From Candidatus Omnitrophota bacterium (lineage in GTDB: Bacteria > Omnitrophota > Gorgyraeia > Pluralincolimonadales > CAZUZR01): DNA of 64,000 bases. A model generated the notes under the pieces. The model was not told where the DNA came from. It made no database searches and saw only the letters and a list, made by a program, of their open reading frames with translations. The DNA lies in NCBI GenBank assembly GCA_043821025.1, contig JBDRDF010000032.1:11261-75260 (forward strand), read 5' to 3'. The position numbers and the translations under genes are program-made. Positions 26,893 through 36,265 of the stretch are shown in pieces (the first letter of the stretch is position 1; each line of letters begins with the position of its first letter).

Positions 26893-28239
26893 ATGCGGCC
26901 ACTTAAAATTGATATATCTGGAGTAAGGGGTGTAATCGGCGAGACCTTAACGCCGGAAGTGATAATAAATTTTTCCTGCACCTTTGGTACATACCTTAAT
27001 TCTGGAGAAGTTGGGGTAGGGTGCGATACGCGCGCATCCAGAGAAATGGTGAAATCCGGCGTTTTGTCGGGCTTGATATCAACAGGTTGTGACATAGTCG
27101 ATTTCGGCATCTGTCCTACGCCGATAATTCAATATATGACCAAATACTTAGGTTTAAGGGGAGCGGTGGCAATTACCGCCAGTCACAATGACAGCAATTG
27201 GAACGCATTGAAATTTATCAAGGCGGATGGAACTTTCTTAAATTTTTATGAAGGAGAAGAATTACTCGATATTTATCACCAAGGCGAATTCTTTAGAGCG
27301 GAGTGGAATAAGTTGGGAAAAATCAATAAATACGATTCCGCCATAGAAATATATGTGAATAAGTTGTGTAAGTATTTGGACACGAATAAAATTCGAAAAA
27401 GAAAATTGAAAGTGGTCGTAGATAATTGTAACGGCGCCGGCGGGGTCGTTGCCAAATTACTTTTAGAAAAACTTGGCTGTGAACTTGTTATGATAAACGA
27501 TGAGATTACAGGCGAATTTTCGCACGACCCCGAACCTAATCCAACTAATATGAAGGAGGTCGCATCTATAATCAAACCGGTCAAGGCGGATATCGGATTT
27601 ATGCTTGATGCCGATGTCGACAGAATCTCAATTTGCACTGAGGAGGGTAAGGCACTAAGTGAGGAATATACATTTGCCATTTTGGTCGATTATATGCTGT
27701 CCAAAAAACGGAGGACGGTTGTAACCAATCTTTCGACTACAAAGACGATAGATGATTTGGCTAAGAAGTACGCGGTTGCTCTAATTAGGGCTAAGACAGG
27801 CCAAGCCTATGTTATTGAGCGGATGATAGAGGAAGGGGGTATTATTTCAGGAGAAGGCAGTGGCGGAGTAGCAGTCGGTGATTTTCAATATGCATTCGAT
27901 GGATTTTTAGCAATGGGATTGATTTTGCAGATGTTAGCCGAAAAGAAGAAAAAGATTTCCGAATTAGCGGACAGCCTTCCTAAGTATTTTATGGTGAAGA
28001 AGAAAATAGAGTGTTCAACCGAAGTCATATATTCAGTGATCGATAAAGTAAAGGAGTCCTATAAGATAGCTAATATGGATTTGACCGATGGGGTTAAAGT
28101 TGAATGGAAAGATAGTTGGCTACACATCAGGGCATCTAATACCGAGCCATTAATTCGAGTTATCACTGAAAGCTGTTCAAAAGATAAGGCTGAGGAATTA
28201 TGCGTTACAGCTGTTGATAAAATCAAGGCGGTCATTTGA
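26893..28239 (+). CDS. Alpha-D-phosphohexomutase (PGM/PMM/GlmM family), copy 1
   Basis: ITASHN phosphoserine loop, DADVDR metal loop and IRASNTEP. Confidence 0.9.
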   Translation: MRPLKIDISGVRGVIGETLTPEVIINFSCTFGTYLNSGEVGVGCDTRASREMVKSGVLSGLISTGCDIVDFGICPTPIIQYMTKYLGLRGAVAITASHNDSNWNALKFIKADGTFLNFYEGEELLDIYHQGEFFRAEWNKLGKINKYDSAIEIYVNKLCKYLDTNKIRKRKLKVVVDNCNGAGGVVAKLLLEKLGCELVMINDEITGEFSHDPEPNPTNMKEVASIIKPVKADIGFMLDADVDRISICTEEGKALSEEYTFAILVDYMLSKKRRTVVTNLSTTKTIDDLAKKYAVALIRAKTGQAYVIERMIEEGGIISGEGSGGVAVGDFQYAFDGFLAMGLILQMLAEKKKKISELADSLPKYFMVKKKIECSTEVIYSVIDKVKESYKIANMDLTDGVKVEWKDSWLHIRASNTEPLIRVITESCSKDKAEELCVTAVDKIKAVI

Positions 28240-28240
28240 A

Positions 28241-29617
28241 ATGGAAAGGGTTTTAAACCAAGAGCGTTCGTTGAAGATAGGGGTTTCCGGCGTAAGGGGC
28301 ATAGTTGGGGAGACGTTAACTCCTCAGCTTTTGGCTTCCTTTGCGGAGGCGTTTGGTTCGTATGTGGGAAGGGGAAAGGTTTTAGTCGGCTCAGATACAA
28401 GGACGTCAAAGGATATGGTAAAATATGCCGTTTTTTCTGGACTTTTATCCAGCGGATGTGAGCCAGTGGATTTGGGGATATGTCCCATCCCGACATTATT
28501 AATAAGGACAAAATATTCCAAAGCCGCGGGAGGCATAGCGATTACCGCAAGCCATAATCCGGTTCAATGGAATGCCCTGAAATTCATCAACAAAGATGGC
28601 CTATTACTAAACGCTAATCAGGCAGAGGAACTCCTAGATGTTTACCATCAGGGAGAATTTTTTAAATGCAATAATTCGGAAATTAAAAATATCAAAGTTG
28701 ATGATGGAGCTATCCCTTATCATTTAGAGAAGATATTCAATTATATAGATGTGGATGCAATACGTAGAAGGAAGTTTAGGGTGGCAATTGATTGCTGTAA
28801 TGGTGCAGGCTCGCTTATTACGCCGATTTTATTAAAGAAGTTTGGATGTGAGGTAATTTCGATTAACGTTGAACCAAATGGGTTGTTTCCTCATGACCCC
28901 GAGCCAATTTCTAAAAATATAGTTCAGATCTGTTCTTTGGTTAAATCTAAGAAGGCCGATATCGGCTTTGTCCAAGATGCCGATGCCGATCGCTTAGCCA
29001 TAGTGGATGAAAACGGAAACCCCATAGGTGAGGATTATACTTTAGTTTTAGTCGTCGACTATATCTTAAGTAAGAAGCGCGGTTCCGTAGTGACAAATCT
29101 TTCAGCAACAAAAGCTGTCGATGACGTTGCTTCCAAATATGGTTGTAGAGTAATTAGGGCTAAGGTCGGCGAGATAAACGTAGTCGAAAAGGTAGCAAGT
29201 GAAAAAGCGATTGTAGGAGGGGAGGGCAATGGCGGCGTGATAATTCCTGCCATCCATCCGTGTAGAGATAGCCTTGCTGGCATCGGAATAATATTGGAAT
29301 ATTTGGCGAAGTCGAAGCTTAAACTTTCAGAGAACGTCAAAAAGTTGCCGCGTTATTATATGATTAAGGGTAAAGTGTACTGCGAGACCGCAAAGGCACA
29401 TTCGGTTGTAAGAAGGTTGCAAAATATTTACAAGAAGGCAAAACTGACATTGTTGAATGGGATTAAGGTGGAAGCCGAAGACCATTGGATTCATATTCGT
29501 CCTTCAAATACGGAGCCCATAATTCGCGTCATAGTTGAGGCGAGGACTAAAAAGGCCGCCGACCAACTTTATAATCAAAGTATAAAAGACATTGCGGCAT
29601 TATTGAATAAGGCATGA
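28241..29617 (+). CDS. Alpha-D-phosphohexomutase (PGM/PMM/GlmM family), copy 2
   Basis: ITASHNP, DADADR, GGEGNGG and IRPSNTEP; ATG 28241 follows the upstream stop. Confidence 0.9.
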   Translation: MERVLNQERSLKIGVSGVRGIVGETLTPQLLASFAEAFGSYVGRGKVLVGSDTRTSKDMVKYAVFSGLLSSGCEPVDLGICPIPTLLIRTKYSKAAGGIAITASHNPVQWNALKFINKDGLLLNANQAEELLDVYHQGEFFKCNNSEIKNIKVDDGAIPYHLEKIFNYIDVDAIRRRKFRVAIDCCNGAGSLITPILLKKFGCEVISINVEPNGLFPHDPEPISKNIVQICSLVKSKKADIGFVQDADADRLAIVDENGNPIGEDYTLVLVVDYILSKKRGSVVTNLSATKAVDDVASKYGCRVIRAKVGEINVVEKVASEKAIVGGEGNGGVIIPAIHPCRDSLAGIGIILEYLAKSKLKLSENVKKLPRYYMIKGKVYCETAKAHSVVRRLQNIYKKAKLTLLNGIKVEAEDHWIHIRPSNTEPIIRVIVEARTKKAADQLYNQSIKDIAALLNKA

Positions 29618-30588
29618 CTTTTTTTGTTATTTTGATAGCGTTATTTTTGGCTATGAATGTCGGCGCCAACAATACAGCCGCTGAGATGGAAGCGGCTTAT
29701 AGGGCTGGCGTTCGCACCAAAAAAGAGGCGCTAGTATTAATCGCTGTATTCGTTATTTTGGGCGCTATAATAGTCGGCTTGCCCGTCGTAAAAACTTTGG
29801 GCGGAGGGCTTGTTCCGCAAAGGACATTCAAAGCGTATTTTTATATCGTCTTTGTGGTAATGGCTGTTGCTGCAGTTTTCGATTTTATATCGAATATATT
29901 TAAGATATCCATTCCTACTTCATACGCGATAGTCTCTTCGATAGCTGCTGTAGGTTTATATTATAAAAGTTTATCCGTTGACAAATCTTTGATGATCTTA
30001 AAGTGGTGGATTGTTTCGCCCATAGTTGTCTTTATTGTTGTTTTTCTTGTTGGAAAATTTTTGAACCTCAAATTTATAAAATCATTAGGCAAGTTGAAAA
30101 CCAGAGGGAAGGTTAAAGCTTTATTGGGCGCTATGCTGTCTTTCTCTGGGTGTTACGTCGCCTTTGCGGGAGGGGCTAACGGTGCTGCTAAAGCAATGGG
30201 CCCGGTAGTTGCCGCAGGCATGATAGACAATCGTTGGGGTGTTTTGCTTGGTGGAGTAGGGATCGCAGCCGGTGCGCTCATCTTCGGTAAAATTGCGTTA
30301 GAGGCCGGCGATAGAGAAATTGCTGAAATCGGTTTCGTAAGAGCAATATTGATTGAGGTAATTTGCGCGACAGTTTTATTGTTGGCTTCTTTAGACGGCA
30401 TTCCTCTCTCTGTCTCTGTGACAGTGAGTTCAAGCCTTATAGGTTTAGGTTGCGCTGACTTAGGATTTCGGCAGAGCCTAAGAAGGCACCACGCCATAAG
30501 GGCAGGCTTTATATGGTTTGTTGTACCGCTAGTTTCCGTTGGGCTTACCTATTTCTTTTTGCATACCCTTGGCCATATATTTAAATAG
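29614..30588 (+). CDS. PiT-family inorganic anion (phosphate/sulfate, CysP-like) transporter
   Basis: GANNTA and GANGAA signature repeats; multiple TM helices. Confidence 0.8.
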   Translation: MTFFVILIALFLAMNVGANNTAAEMEAAYRAGVRTKKEALVLIAVFVILGAIIVGLPVVKTLGGGLVPQRTFKAYFYIVFVVMAVAAVFDFISNIFKISIPTSYAIVSSIAAVGLYYKSLSVDKSLMILKWWIVSPIVVFIVVFLVGKFLNLKFIKSLGKLKTRGKVKALLGAMLSFSGCYVAFAGGANGAAKAMGPVVAAGMIDNRWGVLLGGVGIAAGALIFGKIALEAGDREIAEIGFVRAILIEVICATVLLLASLDGIPLSVSVTVSSSLIGLGCADLGFRQSLRRHHAIRAGFIWFVVPLVSVGLTYFFLHTLGHIFK

Positions 30589-30600
30589 AAAATTTTTTAC

Positions 30601-30646
30601 TTGACAAAGTTTAATTTTTATGTATACTCTACTATGTTGATAGAGT
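30601..30646 (+). promoter_or_regulatory. Sigma70 promoter with overlapping putative Rrf2 operator
   Basis: TTGACA (30601-30606), 16 nt spacer, TATACT (30623-30628); inverted repeat ACTCTA-N9-TAGAGT at 30626-30646. Confidence 0.65.
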
Positions 30647-30657
30647 TAATATAGAAA

Positions 30658-31098
30658 ATGCGAATAACTTATAAGGGAGATTACGCTTTAAAGACAATAT
30701 TGGATTTAGCACTACATTATGACGCTGGGTTGGTAACTATCCATGATTTGGCTAAACGTGCTGACATCCCTGTCAAATTCCTAGAACAGGTGCTCTTAGA
30801 TTTGAAAAGCGGGGGATTTGTAGAAAGCAGACGTGGAAAGATAGGGGGATATTATTTAGCCAAGTCCCCTTCGCAGATAAAATTGGGCGATGTTATTAGA
30901 TTTATTGATGGACCAACTGAACCTATAGCCTGCGTTAAAAGTCGATATAAGGGTTGCGAGGACATCTATAAATGCGTCTTTAGAAATATATGGCAGGAAG
31001 TAGCCCAAGCAATTTCTAATATAATTGATAATATAACTTTTGAGGACCTGGCTAATAAGGTAAAGGTTGCGCAAAAAGAGAGTATCTATTCTATTTAG
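30658..31098 (+). CDS. Rrf2-family regulator (CymR/IscR-like)
   Basis: KGDYAL, FLEQVL, VESRRGKIGGYYLAK and three Cys (ACV, GCE, KCV); heads the sulfur operon. Confidence 0.9.
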   Translation: MRITYKGDYALKTILDLALHYDAGLVTIHDLAKRADIPVKFLEQVLLDLKSGGFVESRRGKIGGYYLAKSPSQIKLGDVIRFIDGPTEPIACVKSRYKGCEDIYKCVFRNIWQEVAQAISNIIDNITFEDLANKVKVAQKESIYSI

Positions 31099-31114
31099 AA
31101 AGGAGAGATAAGCA

Positions 31115-31840
31115 GTGGGTTTATTAGAGAAAAAAGAGGACATAAGAGAACTGGTAGATACTCTAAATTTTAAACAGAAAGTGGACAGGTCCTTAGCCCT
31201 GATAAAAGAGGCTTATGAGAAATACGGCGAAGGCCTGGTGGTAGCCAATAGTTTGGGCAAGGATTCGATGGCGGTTTGGGATTTAGCCAAAAAGGTTAGC
31301 CCTAATATACGGGGATTTATTGTTACGACGCGTTTTAAGCCTAAAGAGACTATTCAGTTTATGTATGAGACTGTCGCGCGTTACCCCGAGCTTAAAATTT
31401 ATAAAAGTGATGTAGAAATACCAGATAAACTTTATGAAACCGACCCAGATAGATGCTGCGATTTATTAAAAGTAGAGCCGACGCGTCGGGCGATTGAAGA
31501 AATGAAGGTAAAATGCTGGGTTACGGGCTTACGTTGCACTGAAGGAAGAACACGCACAGATTTTAAGGAAGTTGAGGAGCGCGACAAGGGCCTGATTAAA
31601 CTAAATCCTATTCTTATTTGGAAAGAAAGAGAGGTCTGGCAATATCTGGCTCTCAACGGTGTGAAAGTAAACCCCCTATATGCCCAAGGTTACAGGTCTT
31701 TGGGCTGTGCGCCCTGCACAAATATTACGAGTGAAGAAGATGAGCGTGCTGGGCGTTGGATTGGCACCAGCAAATGTGGCGGAGAATGCGGGATTCATAC
31801 CAGGCCTTTAAAAATAAATGTAGAAGGAGACGGGATTTGA
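31115..31840 (+). CDS. cysH: APS/PAPS reductase (Fe-S-containing APS reductase type)
   Basis: SLGKDS, RCC and CAPC Fe-S ligands, ERAGRW and ECGIH. Confidence 0.9.
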   Translation: MGLLEKKEDIRELVDTLNFKQKVDRSLALIKEAYEKYGEGLVVANSLGKDSMAVWDLAKKVSPNIRGFIVTTRFKPKETIQFMYETVARYPELKIYKSDVEIPDKLYETDPDRCCDLLKVEPTRRAIEEMKVKCWVTGLRCTEGRTRTDFKEVEERDKGLIKLNPILIWKEREVWQYLALNGVKVNPLYAQGYRSLGCAPCTNITSEEDERAGRWIGTSKCGGECGIHTRPLKINVEGDGI

Positions 31841-32808
31841 TTAAAAACATCTTCTTAATAATATTGGTGATCTTCTTTGCTTTTAATATGGGCGCAAGCG
31901 GCATTGCTCCTTCTTTTGCTTCCACTTACGGCGGAAAGTTAATAAAGAAGAAGAATGCCTTAATCCTGTTCGGGCTTTTTGTAATCTTAGGTGCTGTGTT
32001 TTTAGGAAGGAATGTAACTCTGACTCTGGGTAAAAATTTACTTGCCCAAGAATTAATAAGTTTTAATGTTGCTTTAATAATCTTAGGCTCAGCAGCCTTA
32101 GGTTTGTTTGTAGCTAATATTTTAAAGATTCCCCAGTCTACAAGCCAGGTTACTGTAGGCGCAATTGTGGGTGCAGGATTATATTTTCAGCATTTAAATC
32201 TTAAGACCTTATTTTTTAAGATACTTCCTATGTGGGTTATTTTGCCTTTATTATCTTATATTTTAACCCTATTGATTTATAAGACGATATATCCGCCGCA
32301 TCATAATAACCTGCATATTTACCAAAAAATATTTACCAATGAAAAGAAATTAAAGCTGTCAGCTTTAATAGTAAGTTGCTAGGTTGCTTTTGCTATCGGC
32401 ACAAACAATGTAGCAAATGCAGTGGGGCCTCTATCCGCAGCAGGGATTTTAGGGATAGGCTCAGGGCTCTTTTTAATTGCTCCTCTCTTTGGAGTAGGGG
32501 CTTGGGTTATGGGCAAAGGGCCCCTTGAGACCGCGGGAAAAGAAATAGTCCCCCTGGGATTGGTTTCCAGCGCTCTGGTTTCTTTTGTAACCGCGAGCTT
32601 ATTAATCTTTGCCTCAACTTTAGGTATCCCCCAATCATTGGTGCAGCTTAACCTCGCTTCCATATTTGCCATAAGTTCGGTAAAAAATGGCCATAAGTAT
32701 ACCTTAAACCAGCATATCACCAGAAAGACATTTTTTGTCTGGATAATTACGCCTTTGATTTCATTGGGTATATCGTATTTATTATTGTCTTTATTTTTAA
32801 GAATATAA
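31837..32808 (+). pseudogene. Second PiT/CysP-type transporter interrupted by a single in-frame TAG (32380-32382)
   Basis: ORFs 31756-32382 and 32422-32808 share a frame. Read-through gives SC*VAFAIGTNNVANAVGP versus paralogue GCYVAFAGGANGAAKAMGP; 324 codons in total. Confidence 0.8.
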
Positions 32809-32809
32809 T

Positions 32810-33208
32810 ATGCTTATCTTAGAAAAAGATTTATTAGAAAAGATGTTGCAGCAAATTAAAGAAGAATTTCCTAATGAGGCATGCGGAATTCTGGCAGGCC
32901 GAGAGGGAAGGGTCGAAAAGGTTTACAAAATGAGCAATACAGATAAAAGCCCTTCTACGTATTTTATGGATGCAAAAGAGCAACTTTTGGTAATGAAACA
33001 GATACGTAATTTAGGACTGGATATGGTCGGCATATATCATTCGCACGTCGCCAGTACTGCATACCCCTCTCTACATGATGTGGAATTGGCTTTTTATCCT
33101 GAGGTTTCGTATGTTATTGTGTCGTATAAAGACAAAGATAATTCCACTGTTAAATCATTTAAAATAAAAGAAGGAAAGATAATGGAAGAAGAGATAAAAA
33201 TAGAATGA
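32810..33208 (+). CDS. JAB/MPN+ (M67, Mec-like) metalloprotease for sulfur carriers
   Basis: NEACGIL and IYHSH...PS..D JAMM motif. Confidence 0.9.
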   Translation: MLILEKDLLEKMLQQIKEEFPNEACGILAGREGRVEKVYKMSNTDKSPSTYFMDAKEQLLVMKQIRNLGLDMVGIYHSHVASTAYPSLHDVELAFYPEVSYVIVSYKDKDNSTVKSFKIKEGKIMEEEIKIE

Positions 33209-34236
33209 GCCTTATACTAGTTGGCACAAATCACAAATTTAGTCCGATTGAAATGAGGGAGAAAATCGCCTTTTCTAAAAAGATGCTTAATAATGCCTTG
33301 GCTGAATTGACGAGCTTTAAGTGGATTAAAGCAGCGGTTATACTTTCTACCTGTAATAGAGTAGAGTTGTACGCAGATACGTCGGACATTTATATGGGAG
33401 TTAGAGCATTGAAAGATTTTCTGTCAAGTTATCATCGCTTGGAATTGAATAAGATAGAGCCATATCTTTATACATATATAGATAAAGAAGCAATCCTACA
33501 TTTATTTAGTGTATCTAGTGGGATCGATTCTCAAATTATAGGCGAACACCAAATTCTAGAGCAAGTAAGAGTTGCCTATAAACAAGCAAGGGCAGCTAAC
33601 CTTACAAATCCATTTTTAGATACGATATTTAAAGAAGCGGAAAGGATTTCCTTAAAAATAAGACAAGAGACCGAAATCTCAAAAGATAAGACCTCCATAG
33701 CGAGAATAGTAATGGAACTTATAAGAACAAAAAGTGATTTTATCAAGGTTAAAAAGATATTGATTATCGGTGTAGGTAAGATATCCGAGTTAGTAGTTAG
33801 GCATTTAAAAAAAGAAGAGATAGATGTAGTCTTTATCGCCAACAGAACTTATGAAAGAGCGTGCCAATTGGCGAGATGCATTAATGCGAAAGCGATAGGT
33901 TTTGATAGGCTTAAAGAGAAATTAAAGGAGGTTGATATAGTCATCAGCGCAACCTCCAGTCCGCATTTGATATTAAAAAAGGAAGATCTGGTGGACGTTA
34001 AAAAGCCATTGCTGATTATCGATTTGGCTGTGCCACGGGATGTGGAGTCGGAAGCAAGATATATGGAGGGTATCGACCTTTTTTGTTTAGATGACTTGAA
34101 TTTTATAATAGAAAAAAATTTAAATGGAAGAAGACAACAGATTCCCAATGCTTTAAGGATTATAGAAAAAGAGGTAGAAAATCTGTGCTTAACAGAATAT
34201 TTAGAGTTGGAACTCGAACCAGTCCGCTTGCCCTAA
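33205..34236 (+). CDS. hemA: Glutamyl-tRNA reductase (short form)
   Basis: STCNRVE, SQIIGEHQIL, IIGVG and IDLAVPRD; 343 aa. Confidence 0.9.
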   Translation: MSLILVGTNHKFSPIEMREKIAFSKKMLNNALAELTSFKWIKAAVILSTCNRVELYADTSDIYMGVRALKDFLSSYHRLELNKIEPYLYTYIDKEAILHLFSVSSGIDSQIIGEHQILEQVRVAYKQARAANLTNPFLDTIFKEAERISLKIRQETEISKDKTSIARIVMELIRTKSDFIKVKKILIIGVGKISELVVRHLKKEEIDVVFIANRTYERACQLARCINAKAIGFDRLKEKLKEVDIVISATSSPHLILKKEDLVDVKKPLLIIDLAVPRDVESEARYMEGIDLFCLDDLNFIIEKNLNGRRQQIPNALRIIEKEVENLCLTEYLELELEPVRLP

Positions 34237-35243
34237 AGCAAGTCAATGAGGTCGTAACTTCTTTAAAGAGATTCTATCCAGAGTTCCAATTTGAGATAGT
34301 AGGCATAGATACATATGGCGATAAGGATAAGATTACTCCTATATCAGAAGTAGAAGGCAGCGATTTCTTTACCAAAGAGATAGATGAAGCCCTTTTAAAA
34401 GGGGAGATCGATTTCGCTATCCACAGCGCTAAGGATTTGCCTGATAATTTAGCGCCCGGCTCTTTTATCGCCGCTATTACTAAGTCCGTTGACCCATCTG
34501 ATGTGTTGATAGCAAGGGATAATTTGAAAATTGACGAACTCAAAACTGGGGCCAAGATAGGGACAAGTAGCCTAAGGCGCAAGGCCCAACTTAAAAACTA
34601 TCGTAAGGACCTTCAGATTATAGATATTCGGGGAAATGTTGAAGAAAGGTTGAAGTTACTAGATGAGACCGACTTAGATGGTATCGTCGTTGCTGCTGCG
34701 GGGCTTATTCGGTTGGGCTTAGAAGACCGTATAACCCAAAGGATTCCTTTTGATATTTTAAGACCTCACCCATTACAGGGCTCTTTGGCAATAGCAGTTC
34801 GTCAGGCTGACGAGGAAATAATATCTTTAATGGAGAAGATCGATTCCCGAAGGAAGATAATATTTATCTGTGTAGAAAACGCCTCTCGCAGCCAGATAGC
34901 CGAAGGATTCCTAAGACATTTTGGTTGGCAAAGATTCGTAGCCAGAAGCGGCGGAATTAAACCAGCGGATAAAATCGACCCATTAGCTATCGAAGTAATG
35001 AAGGAAGTGGAAATAGATATTTCCAAACAGAAGCCAAAACTAATTTCTAAAGATTTATTATCCGAGCAGTTGGTCACAGTTATTAGTATGGGTTGTTTAG
35101 AAAGCTGTCCTGCAATTAAGATCGATCAAAATTGGCAGATTGAAGACCCTAAAGGTAAGTCCATAGAAAGATTTCGCCGGGTTAGAGATATGATAAAAGA
35201 AAAAATAAAGAAGCTTACAGAAAAAGGATGCCATGGTTCATAA
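34185..35243 (+). CDS. hemC: Hydroxymethylbilane synthase (domains 1-2 only) fused to ArsC/LMW-PTP domain
   Basis: GTRTSPLAL, FTKEID, IHSAKD, GTSSLRR and IRGNV; then CVENASRSQ and MGCLESCP. Confidence 0.85.
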   Translation: MLNRIFRVGTRTSPLALKQVNEVVTSLKRFYPEFQFEIVGIDTYGDKDKITPISEVEGSDFFTKEIDEALLKGEIDFAIHSAKDLPDNLAPGSFIAAITKSVDPSDVLIARDNLKIDELKTGAKIGTSSLRRKAQLKNYRKDLQIIDIRGNVEERLKLLDETDLDGIVVAAAGLIRLGLEDRITQRIPFDILRPHPLQGSLAIAVRQADEEIISLMEKIDSRRKIIFICVENASRSQIAEGFLRHFGWQRFVARSGGIKPADKIDPLAIEVMKEVEIDISKQKPKLISKDLLSEQLVTVISMGCLESCPAIKIDQNWQIEDPKGKSIERFRRVRDMIKEKIKKLTEKGCHGS

Positions 35244-35493
35244 ATTTCGTTGCCCAGGAAATATCTCTTTGAACTTAAAGGCAGAAATTCTTAGATGTCC
35301 AAAATGTGGCTACGAAGTAGAGATATTTTCTGATGAGCTTAGAAGAGTATGCCCCAAATGTACTACTGAAGTATATCGCAAGAGACTACCTTCCTGTATT
35401 GACTGGTGTCCTGCAGCAAGAGAATGTATTGGTGATAAAAAATGGAAGGAGTTAAAGATAGGGGGTAGAAATGAAAAAGAGAAAAATTATTAA
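35233..35493 (+). CDS. Small Cys-rich zinc-ribbon-like protein
   Basis: CPG...CPKCG...EIFSDE...CPKC...SCIDWC...EC; overlaps both neighbours. Confidence 0.75.
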   Translation: MVHKFRCPGNISLNLKAEILRCPKCGYEVEIFSDELRRVCPKCTTEVYRKRLPSCIDWCPAARECIGDKKWKELKIGGRNEKEKNY

Positions 35494-36265
35494 AATCGAT
35501 GAAGAAAAATGTAATGGTTGCGGAAATTGTATACCTGCTTGCCCAGAACAGGCCATACAGATCGTAGAGACTCCAAAAGGCAAAAAGGCAAGGCTGGTGA
35601 AAGAGTTTTACTGTGATGGGTTAGGCGCCTGCCTTGGAAGCTGTCCAGTAGGGGCGTTGACCATCAAAGAAAGAGAGGTTTTGCCCTACGATGAGGAGGC
35701 AACGATTGCCCATATAAAAGAAGTTGCTCCTGAGATGCTGAAAACACATTTAGAACACCTTAGAGACCATGCTCAAGAACTTCCCAGACATCATTCACAT
35801 AAGATGCCCAAGGGAATGACTGCTTGTCCTTCGGCTCAAATAATACACTGGGGAAGGGAAGAAGAAAAACCCATCACCCAGAAGGAAGTTAGCACTTCCT
35901 CCGAGCTTCGTCAATGGCCAATACAATTGCATCTTGTGAACCCAGATGCCCCTTATTTTAAAAATGCAGATTTAATCATTGTAGCTGACTGCGTTCCATT
36001 TGCCTATGCCGATTTTCATCAACATTTTTTAAGGAATAAAGCTGTAGCTATCGGTTGTCCAAAGTTAGATGACGTTGATGCCTATATTGAAAAATTGACC
36101 CAGATATTTAAGACCGCTAATCCCAGAAGCATAAAAGTTATTCATATGGAGGTACCTTGTTGCTTTGGTTTGCGCCATATAGTTGAGGAAGCGATAAAAT
36201 TGTCAGGCAAGAAGATACCACTGGAAAATGTTATTGTGGGGATAAAAGGCGAAATTAAAATATGA
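35471..36265 (+). CDS. 4Fe-4S dicluster-domain protein
   Basis: CNGCGNCIPACP, CDGLGACLGSCP, LRQWPIQL, ADC, GCPKLD and MEVPCC. Confidence 0.85.
   Translation: MKKRKIIKIDEEKCNGCGNCIPACPEQAIQIVETPKGKKARLVKEFYCDGLGACLGSCPVGALTIKEREVLPYDEEATIAHIKEVAPEMLKTHLEHLRDHAQELPRHHSHKMPKGMTACPSAQIIHWGREEEKPITQKEVSTSSELRQWPIQLHLVNPDAPYFKNADLIIVADCVPFAYADFHQHFLRNKAVAIGCPKLDDVDAYIEKLTQIFKTANPRSIKVIHMEVPCCFGLRHIVEEAIKLSGKKIPLENVIVGIKGEIKI

Noticed and set aside
32380-32382. Genome-wide TAG recoding or pyrrolysine
   Set aside because: Many neighbouring genes end normally at TAG (e.g. 3187, 16192, 17216, 30588, 31098), the position is a Tyr in the paralogue, and no pyl genes are in the window.
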